Positions 63,779 to 64,000 of a stretch of 64,000 bases of DNA are shown piece after piece (within the stretch, counting starts at the first letter, position 1; each line of letters starts with the position of its first letter). Source of the DNA: an uncultured Clostridia bacterium (GTDB lineage: Bacteria > Bacillota > Clostridia > Christensenellales > UBA1242); contig CALWPF010000005.1 in NCBI GenBank assembly GCA_944383355.1, forward strand, positions 4,124-68,123, given 5' to 3'. The position numbers and the translations under genes were made by a program. The notes beneath the pieces are model-generated. The model was not told the origin of the DNA and searched no databases. It saw nothing but the letters and a program-made list of their open reading frames with translations.

Positions 63779-64000
63779 ATCTTGTTTTTGCGTAGAGTTT
63801 TTACGTTTTTGTTGTTTTTTATTACTTTGTGATGCAGTTTGCGGAACTTCCAAATTTTGAGTATTAGCTGGTACTGCTACATCTGGTGGAGGTGGGGTAT
63901 TTGTATCTGGCTGTGATTTAGGACATTGCTTTATCCAATTTTTCTTTTTCATTACTTCAAATATAGCTACTGTAATAACTGTGAAAATTAGTGCTATTAA
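63767..64000 (-). CDS. C-terminal part of a membrane protein (5' end outside window): TM segment then basic/Pro-rich tail
   Basis: The frame stays open from 64000 (..LIALIFTVITVAIFEVMKKKNWIKQ..) to the stop at 63767. The ATG at 63952 is probably internal. Confidence 0.5.
   Translation of the reverse strand, partial: LIALIFTVITVAIFEVMKKKNWIKQCPKSQPDTNTPPPPDVAVPANTQNLEVPQTASQSNKKQQKRKNSTQKQDKSA

Noticed and set aside
1-64000. The organism could use an alternative genetic code (UGA=Trp, Mollicutes-like), given the AT-richness.
   Set aside because: All conserved genes (mfd, tex, argS, glpK, the ATPase and others) are full length under the standard code without internal TGA read-through. I therefore retained code 11.

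Overview
This is an AT-rich chromosomal segment (roughly mid-30s % GC by eye) from a low-GC Gram-positive (Bacillota-type) bacterium. It uses the standard genetic code and is densely coded. I found no rRNA, CRISPR array, transposase or integrase. Most of the window is housekeeping. The left part carries a thiI 3' end, tex, a glycerol cluster (glpK, three-gene G3P dehydrogenase, lipase-like hydrolase) and a dCMP deaminase. The middle carries ADP-forming acetyl-CoA synthetase, ychF, a P-type Ca2+-ATPase, helD and argS. A long conserved block follows: tadA, a GlmU-like remnant, pth, mfd, a PrsA-like lipoprotein, tRNA-Glu and tRNA-Met, tmk, holB, ricT, rsmI, spmAB, tatD and rsmA. Between these blocks sit accessory or orphan regions that deserve attention. 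(1) An 18-bp palindrome, GTGCATAGTACTATGCAC, or its half-site recurs at six loci, once inside a coding region. (2) A low-GC islet holds a 1272-aa DUF4011-type SF1 helicase fused to a Vsr/DUF559-like nuclease fold, divergent from an orphan protein with a possible Cys-His-Asp triad and next to a two-component system and a small secreted peptide. (3) A three-gene SPFH (YdjI-like) operon, with Cys4 zinc ribbons in every product, has no pspA. (4) Orphan genes include a monocistronic HEXXH protein and a 977-aa mid-TM protein. (5) A membrane PH-domain protein ends in two HMGA-like AT-hooks. (6) A polytopic membrane protein carries a ~280-aa Q/N/P/M-rich tail. (7) A FabT-like MarR-DegV operon has a GTTTGA-N3-TCAAAC operator. 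All functional calls come from motif recognition by eye. No searches were run.
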